Assembly: GCA_964016885.1 (NCBI GenBank) | Contig: OZ024741.1 | Location: 172,794,001-172,858,000 of the forward strand | Reading direction: 5' to 3' | Source: Eledone cirrhosa | Lineage: Eukaryota | DNA: 64,000 bases | The notes under the pieces: model-generated | The model's input: only the letters and a program-made list of their open reading frames with translations | Told to the model about the DNA's origin: nothing | The model's database searches: none | Part shown: piece by piece, positions 50,281 through 64,000 of the stretch | How the letters are laid out: the number at the start of each line of letters is the position of its first letter | Position numbering within the stretch: the stretch's first letter is position 1 | Made by a program: the position numbers and the translations under genes

Positions 50281-51147
50281 ATTGATAGGATCGACAAGAT
50301 CAACTAGATCGACAAGATATTGCTAATCCTATCACCACCACGAGCAACAGTTATAAGCTACAAAAAAGCCAAAAGCGACACTGAAAGCTACAAGCCACAA
50401 AATACAAAGATGATCAGTATTGTTAGGTAGTAAAGTAATAGAATGTGTGAAATTAATAAAATAAGAGGGTATGTGATAGCAAAGTGTTGACCAATTTAAG
50501 TGGATGGTAATGTAACATTTCAATAATTTCGAACGTCCTTATCCAAATGGCGACATTGCATCAATATTTCTGATCAAGCATTTAGATAATTTGTAAAAAT
50601 GCCAAAGTTAACTTCGACAGGATTTGAACAAAGAACGAAAAGAACCAGAATAAATACTGCAATAATATTTTTTTTCAACGGTCGACCAATTCTGCCAATC
50701 CATCATGCGCCACATGATATTAAAATCAGCATGGTGTTCTTTGAAATGTCAAATGTACCTCAGTATTATAGTATTTCTGTTTTTTATATGTCTCAAAGAA
50801 GAAGTATGATTGAAATAACACTTTTCTCCTAATATTTTTGTACTTATATATTTTTATAAAGGACAAAGTTTTGTCTGTCATCAGAGGTTTACTTAGTTTT
50901 ATCTTGGTGAGGAAAATTGAAGCAACTGGTGCTATTATATTATACATTCCGTCATTGCACTAACAGAAGTCTGATGAGCTTTTGATTCCGGACTCGGGCC
51001 CGATCGAAGCAGATCGAACCTTGAGCTGATCAATCGGGAAATGCACGTCACATCTCAATAAACCTAATTAAAATTTGACACCTCGTCCATATTATGTATA
51101 TATATTTGTATTTATTGCACTATTTTTTTACTGTAAACACTTTTCAC

Positions 51148-51256
<109 letters not shown>

Positions 51257-51977
51257 GTGTTTGTGTGTGTGAGTTATGCGTTTGTATGTTCGCGTGTGTG
51301 TATGGTTAAGCAGTTTGCTCCATACGTGCTTTGTAGTCCAGTCCCACTTTATGTTACCTTGGACAGGTATCTTCTATTATAGACTCAGACTTACCAATGC
51401 CATGTAAGGGAAATTTAGTAGACGGAAGGCGAGCGGAAGCATTTGCATTTATATATATATATATATAGTAATAATAAATGTGAAACATAAAATCCGAAGA
51501 GGGCTTGATAAGGATTATATATATATATACTAGCAGAATGGCGCAGCGTTGCTCTGGATTCTAAACATAGATTGGCATGTTTATCCCTTCTTTCTGAAAC
51601 AGTTTCGCCGTATGTTCACCAATTGATGCAGAAGTCTTAATAAAAAGTGAAGTCGCCTTGGGTGAATAGGCAAATAATTTTCCATTAAGATTTTTCAAAA
51701 GCATGTAATTGTGTTCCCTCTCTTTTTCGTTGTTGTTTTTGCTGCTGTTGGTGTGATAGCAGCCGTTGGTCGCACTACTAACACAGTCTCGTCCTTCTTC
51801 AGCCACCCCAGTATATCCCCTTCTACCGCGTCTGCAATGAGAACAATATTTGCTCTAGGGTTCTTATATATTTGATATATATTTATCCTTACCGAGCCTC
51901 GTGAAATAAATACGTTTGTTTATATTTTGTTATTGTGTATGCAAAAATATCTGTGCACGAATATATAATTATATATC

Positions 51978-52056
<79 letters not shown>

Positions 52057-53008
52057 CAGATTAAAGTTTAAGCAAAGAATCGTTGCTTTCATCCTTAACG
52101 ATCTTCTGAAACTAAAAAAATCAATCTGTGAACGCAGAAGTAAATATTTCGAAAAACGTTACGCACACTATATATATATTTATACATACACACACACACA
52201 CAGATAGTGTCATAATTGTTTCTACTTTAGGCACAAGGCCAGCAATTAACCAGTGCATTACTGGTACTTTTTATTTTATCGACCCCGTAAGGATGAAAGG
52301 CAGAGTCAACCTCGGCGGGATTTAAACTCAGATCGTAAAGGGACGTAACTATGCTGGAAAGCAGATAGTGTCATAATGTCGTAATCCAGACAGCCAGACA
52401 TACAGACAGATATTATAAGGGTGCGACGTCATAGCTATGTATCTATCTAAAAAGACAGACTAAGGAAGACAGAGCGATCGCCAACCGGCGCCTAATGCGG
52501 TCCCTAGGACATGGAAAATTTGAAATACGTTTTGCTCAAAACACTCTCAAAACCATAAGTATTTCATGTGTAAAGTTTGAAAACAATCAGTTGGGTGGTT
52601 CTCGAGTTTTAGTGGTCGGAAAGACAGACAGACAGACAGACATTCTCTGTTTTAGATATATAGACTAGCAGAATGGCTCGGCGTTGCTCGGGATTTGCTC
52701 TAGGGTTCTTATATATTTGATATATATTTATCCTTATCGACCCTCGTGAAATAAATACGTTTGTTTATATTTTGTTATTGTGTATGCAAAAATATCTGTA
52801 CACGAATATATATATATATATATATATAACAGTACAGAGAAGTACGGAATACCTCGGACTCGGGATGGTGTCTACATTTTGCGCTTATAAAGAAAATTCG
52901 TCGTAGATTACCAGGGTTTTTTTCCGTGCGAAGAAAATCAATACTTTATCGCGAAATAAATACTTTTGTTTATATTTTGTTATTGTGTATGCAAAAATAT
53001 CTGTACAC

Positions 53009-53060
<52 letters not shown>

Positions 53061-53164
53061 AATAAATTAATAAATGTATTATACATTAAATTTAGCTCTG
53101 GTACTTACATAGAGCACTCTTCACTCCTATGACTTTTTCAATTTTCAACGGAAACTTCAATACT

Positions 53165-53197
<33 letters not shown>

Positions 53198-53485
53198 GTG
53201 AGGTTTTTTTACAAAATGAAAAATAACCGAGGGGTCCTACACGAATGAAAGTATAAAGAAAAAAAGATGAAATCGAAAATGCAACTGGTGTCTTATTTTT
53301 AAAAAAATATATATATTTATTTGGTTCCTTTACCGGTTTCGCAGTTCTTCTGCTTTTCAAAAGTAGAGTTGAGATGGAGGGTCTGTGGTTTTTGAAAAGC
53401 AGAAGAACTGCGAAACCGGTAAAGGAACCAAATAAATATATATATTTTTTTTAAAATAAGACTCCAGTTGCATTTGCGATTTCAT

Positions 53486-53547
<62 letters not shown>

Positions 53548-53558
53548 TAACAGATTAA

Positions 53559-53609
53559 AGTTTAAGCAAAGAATCGCTGCTTTCACCCTTAACGGGATCT
53601 TCTGAAACT
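53559..53609 (-). ncRNA. Hammerhead-like motif with U4A core (family also at 52065-52113 and fold-back 55030-55157)
   Basis: Reverse complement: agttt CAGAAGA tccc-gttaa-gggt GAAAGCA gcgattctt TGCTT^aaact. Confidence 0.55.
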
Positions 53610-53690
53610 AAAATTAAAAAATCAATCTGTGAACGCAGAAGTAAATATTTCGAACAACGTTACACACTATATGTATATATATATATATAT

Positions 53691-54642
53691 AAATTCTTTC
53701 CTTGCTCACATTTCTACCAGGTTCGATAGTCTTTCGTCTCTTGTTCACGATTTCACAGAGTTTATATTCATAGAGATCTGGGACTTGTCTATTTCTACTC
53801 ACTTTCCGTTGCTTAAACCCTTTTGTTGTTACTCTAGCGTCCCCCTTTATTTACGTGTCCCAACGACTTTTTTTAGCCGTTGTTCGCACCAACCTGAGGC
53901 ATATGGCCCTTAAAGCGATGAAATGCCGAGGACGGTTGGAGGGTCACTGATGAAGGACTCACTTTTTCATATGTATCCCATTTGCAACGCCGCAGCTCCA
54001 TTATTATCATCATATTTACACAGTTCCTTGTATCTTTACCACTTCTAGCAGTCTCCCTCTCTGTTACCCTCTCCTCAACTTTCACTCACTCATTCTCTGT
54101 CACTACCTCTCCTCCTCCTCTTTCCTCCTCCTCCTTCAAGTTTGACCTGTGTGTAATTCTTTTCTCGCGCAGTCTTGACCGAGCTGGTATGGAATTTTTT
54201 TCTCTCTCTCTTTCGTCTGCGACTTCACAAAACTTGCGTTTACCGAATCCGTAGACCAGACCACCTTATCCTCTTCTTCTTCTTCTTCTTCTTCTTCTTC
54301 CTCTTCTCTCCTTTTTCTTTCTCTCTCTCTCTCTTTTTTCCCCCCCGTCAAACTTGGGCGAAATTCTTTCCTTGCTCACATTTCTACCAGGTTCGATGGT
54401 CTTTCGTCTCTTGTTCACGATTTCACAGAGTTTATATTCATAGAGATCTGGGACTTGTCTATTTCTACTCACTTTCCGTTGCTTAAACCCTTTTGTTGTT
54501 ACTCTAGCGTCCCCCTTTATTTACGTGTCCCAACGACTTTTTTTAGCCGTTGTTCGCACCAACCTGAGGCATATGGCCCTTAAAGCGATGAAATGCCGAG
54601 GACGGTTGGAGGGTCACTGATGAAGGACTCACTTTTTCATAT
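53691..54642 (+). mobile_element. Element with ~280-bp near-identical direct repeats (53691-53972, 54361-54642), pLTR-like partial tandem
   Basis: Direct repeat with a 670-bp offset, ending gtcaCTGATGAaggact. Diverged relative on the minus strand at ~11402-11570. (TA)n flanks. Confidence 0.65.
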
Positions 54643-55178
54643 ATATATATATATATACACTATATACACACTATATATACATATACACACAACACACAGC
54701 TACGTCATGATGTCGTAATGCAGACAGCCAGGCATACAGACAGATATTATAAGGGCGCAACGTTATATCTATGTATCTATCTATAAAGAGAAAGTCGAAG
54801 AGAGAGAGAGATCGCTAAATCGCCTAATCGCTAAATCGCTTAGGGCATTGAAAATTTGAAATTTCTTTTGCTCGAAACACTCACACGACCATAAGTATTA
54901 CATGTGTAAAGTTTGAAAGTAATCGGTTGGGTGGTTCTCGAGTTTTAGTGATTGGACAGACAGACATTCTCTGTTTTAGATATATAGATAATATATATAT
55001 ATAAATCCGTAGAGCAAATATTTATTATAAGAACAGATTAAAGATTAAAGTTTAAGAAAAGAATCGCTGCTTTCACCCTTAACTGGATCTTCAGAAGATG
55101 CCGTTAAGCGTGAAAGCAGCGATTCTTTGCTTAAACATTAATCTGTTCTTATAATAAATATATGTGTGTGTGTGTGTG

Positions 55179-55269
<91 letters not shown>

Positions 55270-56519
55270 TGTGTGCTATAGATGAATAAATATAATAGGT
55301 ACTGTATATGATCGGTTAAATTCCTTGGAACTAATAAAAGGAAAGAATATATATATATATACAACGTGCCCTCCCATTGTTTCCATCTACCAAATTCTGT
55401 TCATATAGTAATGGCCAACCCGAGACTAAACTAAAACGCACGTACCAAAGTTGTCGCTCACTTACATCGAACCAAGAACTCTGAGACTGGGAAGCGAAAT
55501 TCTTAAGCAAACGCCTATCAAAACCATTGCCTATTTCTATACTATTGTATTTTTCTTATTGTTTATCGCATTTATCATCTTCCTTTATATGTTATTAACT
55601 TTTGAATAGTGATTATGTTTTTTTTTAATATACTACTGTTTATATTCTATTTATTATTTTCTGTTTTATATAATATTATTAATGTTTATCACTATCTCTT
55701 ATCATTTATAATGTATTATCTGTTTCTTTTTAATTATCATTATCTGCTTTTATTTATCAATTATTTTAATGCATTGTTATCATTTTGTAATCTTCTTTAT
55801 CTTTTTAGATTGTTTTTAATGTTTATTCTTTTTATATCTTTTTAATCTTAGTTATTATTACTTGATTTTTATTACCATTGCTCAGACGAGAGAAGAGGGT
55901 AGATATGTATAGACTATCCAGTAATTTCCGGTGAGGTGAATGCAATTAATGATTAACTTGGTCATCTGATATTAGTATATTGAGGCTTCCATGTAAAAGT
56001 GAGATTAGAGAGGTTACTTCTAGATGGCTACCATTCTGAGGAAAATATTGAGTTTAAAAGCGTTTTAGTTCCAGATTTAAAAGATGAAATAGTAAATATA
56101 TGAGAAGAATTTGAAAAATCGGAGAATATCGGTGATACACGTGAACTATTTTAAAGAAGCGGGAACTATTGTAGTAGCTGTAAAAAATAAATGCGAGGGA
56201 ACAAGACAGTAAATTAGCGGTTGAGGGTATAACGCCATGCTTTGCAGCACAGTTACGTCCCTTTACGGACTGAGTTTAACTCCCGCCGAGGTTAACTTTG
56301 TCTTTCATCCTTACGGGGTCGATAAAATAAAGTACCAGTAATGCACTGAGTAATTGCTGGCCTTGTGCCAAAAGTAGAAACAATTATTCGTTTATAAGTA
56401 AAGGTTTGCTGGTTTGTCAAATGGACCTTGATTCGGCTGGGATTTCGTACTCACTGACAATCCGCTGAGATAAAGGGATAGAAACATATTAACTACAAAT
56501 ATTAACTACAAATCGTGTC

Positions 56520-57890
56520 TCAGAAGTGGAGGTAGTAGAGTGGTAATGGTGGAGGTAGTAGTCGTGATGGAGGTAGTAGAGAGGTGGTGGAGGTAGTGGA
56601 GTGGTGATGGTGGAGGTAGTAGTCGTGGTGGAGGTAGTAGAGTGGTGGTGGAGGTAGTGGAGTGGTAATGGTGGAGGTAGTAGTCGTGGTGGACGTAGTA
56701 GAGTGGTGGTGGAGGTAGTAGAGTGGTAATGGTGGAGGTAGTAGTCGTGATGGAGGTAGTAGAGAGGTGGTGGAGATAGTGGAGTGGTGATGGTGGAGGT
56801 AGTAGTCGTGGTGGAGGTAGTAGAGTGGTGGTGGAGGTAGTAGAGTGGTAATGGTGGAGGTAGTAGAGTGGTGGTGGAGGTAGTGGAGTGGTAATGGTGG
56901 AGGTAGTAGTTGTGATGGAGGTAGTAGAGAGGTGGTGGAGGTAGTGGAGTGGTGATGGTGGAGGTAGTAGTCGTGGTGGAGGTAGTAGAGTGGTGGTGGA
57001 GGTAGTAGAGTGGTGGTGGAGGTAGTAGTCGTGATGGAGGTAGTAGAGAGGTGGTGGAGGTAGTGGAGTGGTGATGGTGGAGGTAGTAGTCGTGGTGGAG
57101 GTAGTAGAGTGGTGGTGGAGGTAGTAGAGTGGTGGTGGAGGTAGTAGAGTGGTGGTGGAGGTAGTGGAGAGGTGGTGGTGGTAGTAGAGTGGTAATGGTG
57201 GAGGTAGTAGTTGTGATGGAGGTAGTAGAGTGGTGGTGGAGGTAGTAGAGTGGTGGTGGAGGTAGTAGAGTGGTAATGGTGGAGGTAGTAGTTGTGATGG
57301 AGGTAGTAGAGTGGTGGTGGAGGTAGTAGAGTGGTGGTGGAGGTAGTAGAGTGGTAATGGTGGAGGTAGTAGTTGTGATGGAGGTAGTAGAGTGGTGGTG
57401 GAGGTAGTAGAGTGGTGGTGGAGGTAGTAGAGTGGTAATGGTGGAGGTAGTAGTTGTGATGGAGGTAGTAGAGTGGTGGTGGAGGTAGTAGAGTGGTGGT
57501 GGAGGTAGTAGAGTGGTAATGGTGGAGGTAGTGGAGAGGTGGTGGAGGTAGTGGATTGGTGGTGGTGGAGGTAGTAGTCGTGATGGAGATAGTAGAGAGG
57601 TGGTGGAGGTAGTAGAGGGGTGGTGGAGGTAGTGGAGAGGTGGTGGAGGTAGTGGATTGGTGGTGGTGGGGGTAGTGGAGAGGTGGTGGTGGTGGAGGTA
57701 GTAGAGTGGTGGTGGAGGTAGTGGAGAGGTGGTGGTGGTAGTGGAGAGGTGGTGGTGGTGGTGGAGGTAGTAGAGTAGTGGTGGTGGAGGTAGTAGAGTG
57801 GTGGTGGAGGTAGTGGAGAGGTGGTGGAGGTAGTGGAGGGGTGGTAGTGGTGGTGGAGGTAGTAGGTGGTGGTGGTTGAGGTAGTAGTGT
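56520..57890. repeat. Complex minisatellite built on ggtggaggtagtagagtggt / ggaggtagtagtcgt modules
   Basis: Direct inspection; ~21- and ~18-bp alternating units. Confidence 0.9.
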
Positions 57891-58424
57891 ATGTGTGTGT
57901 GTGTGTATACGTTGTAGTAAGCAGCCAAAATTCTGCTTGCTTCAACCGACGCAATTGATCAACTCAAGATTCTATAACGCATGCACTGCTGGCTAGCTAT
58001 AATTATATCAATAGTTAACCACGTCTCTTGCATTGTGGCTGGCAGGATCTGAATTAAGAATACAAAGGACCGAAACAAATATAACGAGGCAGATATCCTG
58101 TCCAACCCATTAATGCTTCCTCAAGTCCACCACCCTCGACTGGTACTTTATGTATCGATGTTCGAACTGATGAAGGCAAAGTTGACTTTGGCAGGAATCG
58201 AACTGAGAACACAAAGCGCAGATACAAATGCCGCAAGACTTAGTCCAACCTTCTAATGCTTCGTATATGTAAAATAATAGATTCAATGTGTTGCTTGCCA
58301 ACACTTTCATCAATTATATATATATGTGGGGGGGGGGGGGGTAAAGTAAACAGAAATAACAAAGCAAACGACACAGTATATTGAATAAATATATTAGTTT
58401 ATCACTTGGAATAACAGGAAAAGT

Positions 58425-58462
58425 GTCTTAACGTTTCGCACACTAGTCCTTCATCAGAAGAT
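58425..58462 (-). ncRNA. Minimal type I hammerhead (one stem II mismatch)
   Basis: Reverse complement: tctt CTGATGA a ggac-tagt-gtgc GAAAC GTT^aaga; palindromic AACGTT stem III. Confidence 0.55.
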
Positions 58463-58803
58463 AGAATTAGAAATAAAATATAAAATGGAAAGATAAAGAG
58501 TGAGAAGAGGATGAAACGGGGTATAAATATATATCAGATAGGGTGTGGTAAAATATCAGGTGGACTATAACCCACCAGAGTACTCGATACTTGGGGTAGT
58601 AGAGTGGGTAATAATTGTTTCTACTTTTGACACAAGGCCAGCATTTACCCAGTACATTACTGGTACTTTATTTGATCGACCCCGTAAGGATGAAAGGCAA
58701 AGTTAACCTCGGCGGGATGTAATAATGAAACGATTCAGGACCCCAACGGCTGAGCTGCGGCCGTTTCGACAGCTAGTTCGGATCTATCTGTCGAAATCAA
58801 TCA

Positions 58804-58859
<56 letters not shown>

Positions 58860-59368
58860 TGTCGGTTTGGTTTTCTTCTTACTTGACAGGCTAAATAGTC
58901 TAGAACTAAAATTGCAGGCCTTTTTTTTCAAACGATAATGCAGTAAGATATTGAATGAAATGCTATTGATCACTTAATATAAATAGTATAATTAATTCTT
59001 ATTGGTCTGCTGCCTTTCTTGATGATAAGTAATCTGACAAGAGCAAAAATGTATTATCTTCACTTTCAAGTATTGTTGTTTGCCCTCCTTTGAGATATAA
59101 CGAAAACCTAGTCTCCATTTTTTTTTTTTTCGTCTCAGTTTGGCTAGATACTGTTGTTGTTGATGTTGCCGTTGCTGTTAGGCGGAGGGGAGTAATCATG
59201 CAGTTTTTATTTCTTTGTGTTTGTGTTTGTGTTTCATACTTTATGTTTTGTATTTGATATTTTGTATTCATTTGCTCACGTTATTATCATTGTTATTTTT
59301 ATATTCATACCTTTTCATGTTTTGCTTCAAGTTGTATTATTTATTCTATGTGATGTGTATAATATACG

Positions 59369-59400
<32 letters not shown>

Positions 59401-59458
59401 CGCGTGTGTGTGCGTGTGTGTGCGTATATATATATATGTGTGTGTGTGTATGTGTGTG

Positions 59459-60063
59459 TTGTTATACTTTGGGAGGGTCATGTTGCCAATAAAAACACAC
59501 GCACCTGTCGGTTTTCACTTCAATTTATTATAAGTTTCCGAAAGATGCAATGCTCAGACAAATCACAGAGGCTACAAATATAAACGAACTCCAACCAAAA
59601 TTAAACAGAAAACATGAGTGGAATAGCAACATCACAACTAGTAATTAAGGACAAAATGAAGAGATACAGACACACACAAAAACCAAACAAATCAGACACA
59701 CACAGATAGAACAAGTAAATAAACACACACACACCCCCGGATGTTATGCATGCGCAATCTAAGCACACAACACTCAATACACAAGAACAAGATGGTGTAG
59801 GATAGAACAAAAGAGTCACACACAAAATAAAAAAACCTAGTCACTGAGGAGGTCACAGAATGTGTGACCAAAGACCTTTGACAATATATAAACAACCTTC
59901 CGGTTATCGAACCAACTAACCAACAGGAAACTTATAATAAATTGAAGTGAAAACCAACAGGTGCCTGTGTTTTAATTGGCAGCATGACCTTCTCAAAGTA
60001 TAACAATATATGATTCAACACACGTTTTCAGATAAGATATCTTGCAAAACAAATTCAAAAACG
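59459..60063 (+). mobile_element. Older 5'-truncated Naiad-like copy (GIY-YIG tail + pLTR) with an inverted 5' piece
   Basis: 59541 onward (KDAMLRQITEATNINELQPKLNRKHEWNS) matches 14462-15017. 59459-59540 is inverted pLTR. Confidence 0.85.
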
Positions 60064-60093
60064 CATCAGCTATATATATATATATGTGTATGT

Positions 60094-60225
<132 letters not shown>

Positions 60226-60439
60226 TGCAAATTTAAAAGATATATTTAAAGAGAGTTATTAGAGAAACGCATAGTATAATACATATAGTATTCAGGAAAA
60301 AATACAAAATGATGGTAGAAAAAGATAAATTTCCTGACAGTACTGATTCGTATTCCAAAAAACGTCAGCTGAATTATTGATGCTCTGAACTAAATTCCAA
60401 TGAACTTATTTAAAGAGCAACACGGTTATCATACTTATT

Positions 60440-61700
60440 AAATATGTTTTGGTACCTTAACATTTATATATAACAAGCTGAGACGATATTTTGTCCGATT
60501 TTTACGTATTTTGAAAATGAAGATAGTGGCATTTTTTTATAGGTTTAATCATTAATGTATTCGTCATGGATTTGGGTAATCTTATTCTATCTGTTCATAA
60601 GCTCGAAGGCGCAACATTTATTAAGTTTCTTCTGTAAAATAGAAGAGTTTACGGACAGTTTTCTTCATATATGTCTAAGTCCATCAAGATGTTATTTGTA
60701 AACATCTAATCAAATGGTAATCAGGATGAGTAAGGTCGAGTGAATATGATGAATCAAACAATTTTTCTTTGCCCAATACCACTAAGAGGTTCTTGAGTAC
60801 ACGTGCAGTATGTCAATGGGCATTATCGCAATGAAGGATGACTCCTTTTCTGTTCGCCAAGTATCTGCATCTTTTTTTTTACTTGTTTTATTTGTATGTG
60901 TGTGCTTTTGTTTTTTGTTTTTTTGTTTTTTTGTCAAGAATTGTTTTCAAATACCGAAATTTGTTAGCTAGTAGCCTCAGCTGTGATTGAAACATAGAGC
61001 TCTTCATAATAAATTATTCCTTGTATATACCTCCATACGCTAAATACAATATTCCTCGGATGTAGGTCTCTTCTCGGCAGCTGATGTTTATCACCACGAT
61101 TAAATTATTGATGACAGCACTTTTCTCATTCCCAATAACGTCTCTGTAAAAACAAAGCCAGTTGGAGTTGTTGTGTATGCCTCTGTAATTAACGCGTTGT
61201 TGGCGAACATCTACAGACATGTCAGGTTAGATGTATTTTCCTACTTTTAAAACGTTTCCAAACGTTTTTCAGTTAGTGCCCGTTTGTTGCATGACTAATA
61301 TTGAAAATACTGCAGGGTTTCCTAGCTGCAATGACAGGATTTGCTGCAACAAGCGCTTCTCGTGCGCCGGAATTGTGTCCGTGTAAATGACCTTCTCTTG
61401 GCTAACCTCTGAGATTGGAGCTCTCATTTTTAAAAGGAAAAAAATACCCTTTACCTGTTTATAGTATAGTGCATCAATACCATAAACTTCTTGGTGGATT
61501 TTACAGCTTCACTTGCATTGATCCATTTATGAAACTCCTAGAGCATGACATATCGAATGTATTCTTTTGTTGGATCAAACGTGGGATCAAGATGAAATTA
61601 AAAATGAGATGTATCATAGATAATGATATGGCTAAACGTCGTATAATGAGAGAATTTTGATCAATATTGTTCAATATTTTCAGCTCAAAATACCTTTCTC
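60440..61700 (-). mobile_element. Highly decayed mariner (D,D34D) transposase relic
   Basis: Reverse complement gives VIGNEK (cf. VTGDEK), KGVILHCDNAH*HTA (cf. HDNARPH) and SSYSLDLTHPDYHL (cf. YSPDLAPSDYHL). Confidence 0.7.
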
Positions 61701-61977
61701 CAACTCAATCCCACATATAAAATATGAAAACAAATCTCAATGTCTGCAATGTAAGAAAAGAGCGCAGTTTGGAAGAGCTGAAAATCTAAAAACTGCAAGC
61801 GAGGGAAATACCTGCAACGATATCAATTAATCCAATTTGGGAGAAAAAAAGGACAATACAGTAGCATTGTTTGATCACATCAGTGATGCATGTTCACTTT
61901 AGCGGTCTATTTAGATTGATTAAATAGATATAGGGAAAATACCACGGGGAAGTAATCTGCTTCAGGATTTTGCATAT

Positions 61978-62027
<50 letters not shown>

Positions 62028-62147
62028 ATAAAAACCACAAACTCTCCATCTCAATTCTACTTTTGAAAAGCATAAGAACTGTGAAACCGGTAACGGAAAC
62101 AAATTAATATTCTTAAAAAGACTCCAGTTGCATTTTCGATTTATTTT

Positions 62148-62189
<42 letters not shown>

Positions 62190-64000
62190 GGAAGAATCTG
62201 TGCTTATGTCTGTTAGATTGTATATATATATATATCGAAATACGCCCGCGAGAATGCATTTGCGGTTTTGTCCGCGGAGCGCAGCCCTAATAACTGTTTC
62301 TACTTTAGGCACAAGGCCAGCATTTACCCAGTACATTACTGGTACTTTATTTTATCGACCCCGTAAGGATGAAAGGCAAAGTTAACCTCGACGGGATTTG
62401 AACTCAAACCGTAAAGGGACGTAAGTATGCTAGAAAGCATGGCATCCAACCCTTTACCGATATTGCCAATTCACCGCCCTTAATAACGCTTAATAACGGG
62501 GCGCAGCCTTAATAACGCTGTGCCCTAAGCCCTGAGCCCATCCTTCCCCCCCCCCCCTCCTCATTCTTCTGGGACACTAGAGCCCTTGCCTTTCCCTTCC
62601 TTTTCCGTAACCACAAAAGACACTTGAATATTCAATGTAAATCTACATTGTGTATTGAGTACTGATTAATCTGCGACTACTTTTGACGTCATTAGACCTC
62701 TTAATAGCTGCCACTATTTTTGGTATTCTATAGATTTCATCTTATGGGATTTATTTGTCTATATTTACCTGAATTGTCGATGTTTCTGTGATCCTTAAGA
62801 GTCAAGAAAGCTGTTTTGGGGGCTTTTTTTTTCTCGTGGAAATTTAGTTTTTCTTGGATTTACTACCATTCAGTATGCAGTGCAATTCTGTGTTGATATT
62901 ATATATGTTAGGTGAAAAATAAATTCATGAGAATTAGATGTAGTAAACGTCATTAATAATTGTATAACAAGGTAGTGTACATGTATAATGTATTTATAAT
63001 ACGGCCTCTATACAATTATGTTGTTATTGTAACCCGAAGATATTTATATCCTATAATTTATTGATGATTATTATTATAATTATTTGCACATACTTATTAG
63101 AAACATTCACTACAATAATATATACGTATTGATTAAAGTGAACATAAATAGATTAATAGATTTATTCTAAAAGACGCTATCTATTTTAGTTTAGCATTTG
63201 TTAATTTAATAACACTCCATCACTTTCCTGAAATGTTAATAGCAATGTCAATACGGAACAACACATAAATTGATACCTAAAGATAAATTTGGAAGGGAAT
63301 TTAGAAAATTGATTATCATATCGGAAATTTTCTTATTTTATTTTCCAGTAAGTTTTATACGTGAATGACGTCATGATCAAGGTATATGTTGTTTCTTTTT
63401 TCCAAAAATAAAACATCAGCCAGAATTTGAAAGATACAGAGTTCGATTCTCTGTAAAGACTGCAGGTCACGTTTCCCATCTAAGAGGGATATTACTCGAT
63501 TTTCTAAGCTATTACTGGGAACAATCAACTGTACTCACAGTTATTTTCTGCGTTCGAGACTTTCTAGATTTACTAAAGCTTTATTAACGTTAGTATTTCC
63601 TCCTTTTTTCATGTATCTTACATGTCACCAAGTCATACTCGATTACGAATGATTGCCGAACTAGTTAGAGACATGTATATGATTATGTATGTAGGTATAT
63701 ATAATATGTGAATACGCAAATATGTAAGTATATTTGCGATGTATGCGTATGTATATGTTCCTCTGTGAGCGTGTGTGTGTATGTGTATGCGTATGTGTGT
63801 ATGTGTGTGTACATGTGCGTATTATTTTCCAGCACGTGCTTCTAAGGAAGATTAAGCTCAGAGAATATAAAACATAGCATCATTACAACACAGTCATCCA
63901 TAGTATAAGTTCCACTACTGGCCTTATTCTCGTCTGGTGCTCACCTAATCATACACAAAGGAATTAAGATGGATGCAACGACTGCCCTGCTTAAATCGTC

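Noticed and set aside
51897-53012. Three copies of a ~65-bp three-way-junction motif (tcgtGAAAtaaatacg...caaaaatatCTGTACAcga) resembling a type II hammerhead
   Set aside because: The core would be CUGUACA, breaking A6 and G8 with no compensation; more likely Helitron-internal repeat sequence.
56489-57954. ~480-aa extensin/mucin-like ORFs
   Set aside because: Minisatellite open in two minus-strand frames with no unique domain.

Overview
AT-rich, microsatellite-saturated animal DNA. The repeat content suggests a cephalopod such as Octopus (inference). I can support no host gene: nearly all listed ORFs are translations of (TA)n, (TACA)n, (GT)n or (GAT)n. The real coding sequence is transposon-derived: a Naiad-like Penelope retroelement (RT + GIY-YIG, ~12.0-15.0 kb) with further Penelope fragments, a 5'-truncated R4/Dong-type RLE LINE in (TACA)n, an RTE LINE, a near full-length L1/Tx1 LINE plus a decayed relative, a mariner relic, non-autonomous Helitron pieces and more than 15 tRNA-derived SINE copies. 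The standout signal is non-coding. Bases 1-2700 are a near-perfect head-to-head array of a 310-bp unit, each copy carrying a type I hammerhead ribozyme (non-LTR retrozyme / circRNA-like). A diverged 320-bp sister family at 44 kb keeps the same fold through compensatory changes and has a U3-A8 variant catalytic core. About ten further short hammerhead-bearing or half-hammerhead fold-back families sit in (TA)n across the window, including another U3-A8 family and a U4A variant. All structures were read by eye; none is computationally or experimentally verified.
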